Shown piece by piece: positions 61,313 through 64,000 of a stretch of DNA of 64,000 bases. Source of the DNA: Escherichia phage myPSH2311; sequence record MG976803.1, one strand, 5' to 3'. The notes beneath the pieces are model-generated. The model made no database searches, had not been told where the DNA came from, and saw only the letters and a list, made by a program, of their open reading frames with translations. A program made the position numbers and the translations under genes. Each line of letters starts with the position of its first letter. Within the stretch, counting starts at the first letter, position 1.

Positions 61313-61531
61313 TTACTTTTGAGTCAAACACAGATCGGGACGTGGCATAACAGTGGTTGATAGACCGAAGACTTCAACATAACCGCTGCTCAAGTTAGCA
61401 GCCTTACGCAAACCGTCAGAGGTCTTATCTTCTAGCATCAGCCAGAAACGTTTATCGTAAGAGAAAACATCACCGCCCTTAACATCTTCTGCATTTGCAT
61501 ATTTAGGATAATCAACTACTTTAATTTCCAT
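61313..61531 (-). CDS. small protein, GDVF-family paralog
   Basis: 72 aa; motif DVKGGDVFSY. Confidence 0.4.
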   Translation of the reverse strand: MEIKVVDYPKYANAEDVKGGDVFSYDKRFWLMLEDKTSDGLRKAANLSSGYVEVFGLSTTVMPRPDLCLTQK

Positions 61532-61789
61532 TCACTTACCTTTATTAGTAATTACTGCATCTGGGATAAGGATTACAGGAAGATTTGAATTAAGCTTCAT
61601 AACCTGATTAGTTCTTAAACCAAGCACAACTGTTCCAGAATCTTTCCTGTTCGACTCGGTTACGTGTGGAGTGAATAAACTAACAACCAAATAGTGATCG
61701 ACGCATGTAGATTTAACTTGGAATACATCTCCAAGCTTTAAATCACCCACTGTAAGATCTGGGTCTTTCATCTCAAGATCAATCTTCAT
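61532..61789 (-). CDS. small protein, GDVF-family paralog
   Basis: 85 aa; motif DLKLGDVFQV. Confidence 0.4.
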   Translation of the reverse strand: MKIDLEMKDPDLTVGDLKLGDVFQVKSTCVDHYLVVSLFTPHVTESNRKDSGTVVLGLRTNQVMKLNSNLPVILIPDAVITNKGK

Positions 61790-62015
61790 CTTTAGCCTCT
61801 ATGTTGGTTATGTGAAGATCACTACGTACTTGGCAGACTTCATCCCGTTTAAAAGGCATGAGCTTTCCAGTTACCACATCAACACAGTTGACATAATTGT
61901 CTGCGTACAATGTGTCGGTTCTGATGTAAAGGGATTCTTTACGCTCAAACAGAACCCCCGGCTTCATGTTATTTAAGCGAAGCATTGTACGATCGGATTT
62001 AATATTAACTTTCAT
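61779..62015 (-). CDS. small protein, GDVF-family paralog
   Basis: 78 aa; motif NMKPGVLFER. Confidence 0.4.
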   Translation of the reverse strand: MKVNIKSDRTMLRLNNMKPGVLFERKESLYIRTDTLYADNYVNCVDVVTGKLMPFKRDEVCQVRSDLHITNIEAKDED

Positions 62016-62017
62016 CT

Positions 62018-62332
62018 TTAATCCACCTTATTGGTAAGTCGAGCATTATCAACTACCTGAACAACAGTATCTTTTCTCAACATTGTTATTCTATCCGAAG
62101 TGAGATCTACTACTACTCTTTCGTCAGGCTTCCAACTAGCTGAATAAACGGTTGAGGAATCTAGCTTTACTGTAAGATATATTTTATTTTTAGGTGGAAC
62201 AGTTTCAAAAACACTCCCCACCTTCAGGTCTTTCAGTTGCTTGACTACAGGGGCTGTATTAATATCATGCTTCATTGTTAATCTCCTGCTGTTTAGCAAT
62301 AGCCACTCGCAAGTCTTCATTAGCACGAGCAA
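62018..62332 (-). CDS. small protein, GDVF-family paralog
   Basis: 104 aa track ORF; motif DLKVGSVFET. Confidence 0.4.
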   Translation of the reverse strand: MLVLMKTCEWLLLNSRRLTMKHDINTAPVVKQLKDLKVGSVFETVPPKNKIYLTVKLDSSTVYSASWKPDERVVVDLTSDRITMLRKDTVVQVVDNARLTNKVD

Positions 62333-62561
62333 GGCGTAACACTTCGTGGTTGAGGTTCTGAAGACGCTTGTTTCTGTCCTCTACTTGCATAATAAGATCG
62401 TTAAGTGTTACTTTAACTTTCTCATTATACATCTCATCCACTCGAACTAGGGATTTATACATTCTTTCCCAGCTTGCTGCTTTGTTTCTGAGAACAATAA
62501 ATCCTAGAACACTGATAGTTAAACAGCTTACAAAAAGGAATTTATATACTTCTAAAGTCAT
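62265..62561 (-). CDS. membrane-anchored coiled-coil protein
   Basis: 98 aa; N-terminal hydrophobic helix. Confidence 0.4.
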   Translation of the reverse strand: MTLEVYKFLFVSCLTISVLGFIVLRNKAASWERMYKSLVRVDEMYNEKVKVTLNDLIMQVEDRNKRLQNLNHEVLRLARANEDLRVAIAKQQEINNEA

Positions 62562-62760
62562 ATTATTTACCCTTTATCAGAGATTAAAAGTAATATTATT
62601 TAAGTAAGTTATATTTAGTAAACTTATTTTCTAAGAAATTTTCAAAGGGTCTATATACAGAGCATTACCCATAGTCCCAGAATACTACCATCTTTTTCAA
62701 TAAATTTACTAAGTGGTTGGTTTATAAAGGAATTTAGTTTGTCAAATCTGGCACTAGTGA

Positions 62761-63150
62761 TTATTCCCTAGAGCTGTTATCGAACACTAAATCACCACAA
62801 TACATAGGATTGGCATACCATTTTGGCACCCCTTCGCTCTTACTCTGAAAGTAAGTCCCACTATACAGCGGAACATAATTCTTCTTAAGGGCACGTTTAG
62901 CAAGTCGCTCGCTTTCTCCAATGGCTTGCTTAGTCATCGGATTTTTATCACGAATCAGCTTTACATAACGTTTATAAGGTTTCTCCTGTTTTAATAGTAC
63001 CGGAATCCACTCAAACTGGTTCTTTTGTCTTATCACCTGTTCAGCGGTCAGTTTTCGTTGGGCCATTCTATTTATCACGGTATCCGCAACTAAAGCCTTA
63101 CATGCGGTTGGCTGATTCCCTGCCTCATAATAAATAGTCAATGTCAACAT
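62761..63150 (-). CDS. cell wall hydrolase, SleB-like domain
   Basis: IYYEAGNQP..ALVADTVINRM..QKNQFEW matches the SleB/Hydrolase_2 core. Confidence 0.5.
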   Translation of the reverse strand: MLTLTIYYEAGNQPTACKALVADTVINRMAQRKLTAEQVIRQKNQFEWIPVLLKQEKPYKRYVKLIRDKNPMTKQAIGESERLAKRALKKNYVPLYSGTYFQSKSEGVPKWYANPMYCGDLVFDNSSRE

Positions 63151-63199
63151 TAGCTGTGCCGTTGTTATCAGAACTTGATACCTCCTGTTTTACGGGCAT

Positions 63200-63225
63200 A
63201 AAAAAGCCCCAGCCGTAGCCGGGGC
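63200..63225 (-). terminator. putative terminator
   Basis: GCCCC..GGGGC hairpin with T-tract on the minus strand. Confidence 0.45.
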
Positions 63226-63366
63226 AAACCTGAAAGCAACACATGACCGTTGCTATAAATACACTCGCAAATGCACTTACAGCAACGCAAAAAGCCGCTC
63301 AAAGGCGGCTATGCGGAAGCTTCAAATGGGGAGAGGGCACGACGCGACAGAAAGAGCGTCATAGTA

Positions 63367-63540
63367 CTAAAAAGAGAGGCTATTGGAGAGGTTACTTATT
63401 GCCTTCCTTAATGCCTTGTTTTCTTGTTTAACCAATTCGTTTTCTTCTTGCAAGGATGCTACCAGATGGACCAGAACATCAACTACTGCATCACCTTGCC
63501 GCATCTCTCTGACTTTATTTAGAATCTCTGAATAAATCAT
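63367..63540 (-). CDS. small coiled-coil protein
   Basis: 57 aa ORF not in track, ATGA-coupled to upstream gene. Confidence 0.35.
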   Translation of the reverse strand: MIYSEILNKVREMRQGDAVVDVLVHLVASLQEENELVKQENKALRKAISNLSNSLSF

Positions 63541-63980
63541 TTTACCCTCGCCTCTTTGATGGGGTCGATGTATTTCTCAACGCCCCACTTGTGTTTACTA
63601 TCTGCGTAGAAAACATCAGGTGCACATTGGCTTGTTTTAGGGAAGGCTTGCGGGTCTTTCGTGCTCCCCTTAAACTTCTGTTTACCTCGAGTGCGACCAT
63701 TACAGAAGATTTCTAACTTCTTCTCTTCTTCTGTTTTAGCTCCCCCGCTCTGTAACAAAGAACGTTTATGATCAGCCAACAACAACGCATCAGCCCGATG
63801 GACACGATGGCCTACACGCTTTGCCACACTGGAAGGAACATGGGATTCAGCCTCAGCCTTTGCAGCACGACGTTTTAAACTACGCTTACTAACGTGATTA
63901 GTTGCCTTCGGTTTCTCTTTCTCTAGTTCAGAGATAGCAAAACAACGACCGCCCTTCATGCTGATTTTAGATTTAGCCAC
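63537..63980 (-). CDS. basic hypothetical protein
   Basis: 147 aa K/R-rich ORF near the window edge. Confidence 0.4.
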   Translation of the reverse strand: MAKSKISMKGGRCFAISELEKEKPKATNHVSKRSLKRRAAKAEAESHVPSSVAKRVGHRVHRADALLLADHKRSLLQSGGAKTEEEKKLEIFCNGRTRGKQKFKGSTKDPQAFPKTSQCAPDVFYADSKHKWGVEKYIDPIKEARVK

Positions 63981-64000
63981 AATCTTATTCCTTTCAGTGA

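Noticed and set aside
63243-63431. 62-aa plus-strand ORF at the right end
   Set aside because: Antisense to a better-supported minus-strand small ORF and overlapping a terminator hairpin.

Overview
The window is a double-stranded DNA phage genome segment (podovirus-like layout, about 42% GC) with two convergent modules. The plus strand (0.4-28.3 kb) carries the virion and lysis module: large terminase, portal, acidic scaffold, a capsid gene with a -1 frameshift site leading into an Ig-like extension, tail and fiber proteins, endolysin, a lytic-transglycosylase protein and large internal virion proteins. The minus strand (28.5-64 kb) carries the early and replication module: family A DNA polymerase with a separately encoded 3-5 exonuclease, TOPRIM-helicase, T7 gp2.5-like SSB, FEN-type nuclease, flavin-dependent thymidylate synthase, dCTP deaminase-like protein, thioredoxin-like protein, PhoH-like ATPase, a phage sigma factor, HNH endonucleases, spanins, a kinase/phosphatase/nucleotidyltransferase set, and many small proteins. 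Most interesting: (1) an amidoligase-type cluster (ATP-grasp ligase, AIG2/gamma-glutamyl-cyclotransferase-like protein, candidate carboxylate-amine ligase, two large unknowns, two small proteins), part of which is tandemly triplicated in diverged 1.4-kb units; (2) at least a dozen GC-richer fillers of about 100 bp, all different but sharing k-mers, that split or truncate genes and are often flanked by duplicated gene segments; (3) in-frame amber codons in the capsid and tail fiber reading frames; (4) an 8-member family of small early proteins. The uniform 100-bp filler length is unlike known mobile elements, so an artificial or assembly origin is as likely as a biological one. All functional calls rest on motif recognition by eye; no database search was run. 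No rRNA, tRNA or CRISPR array was found.
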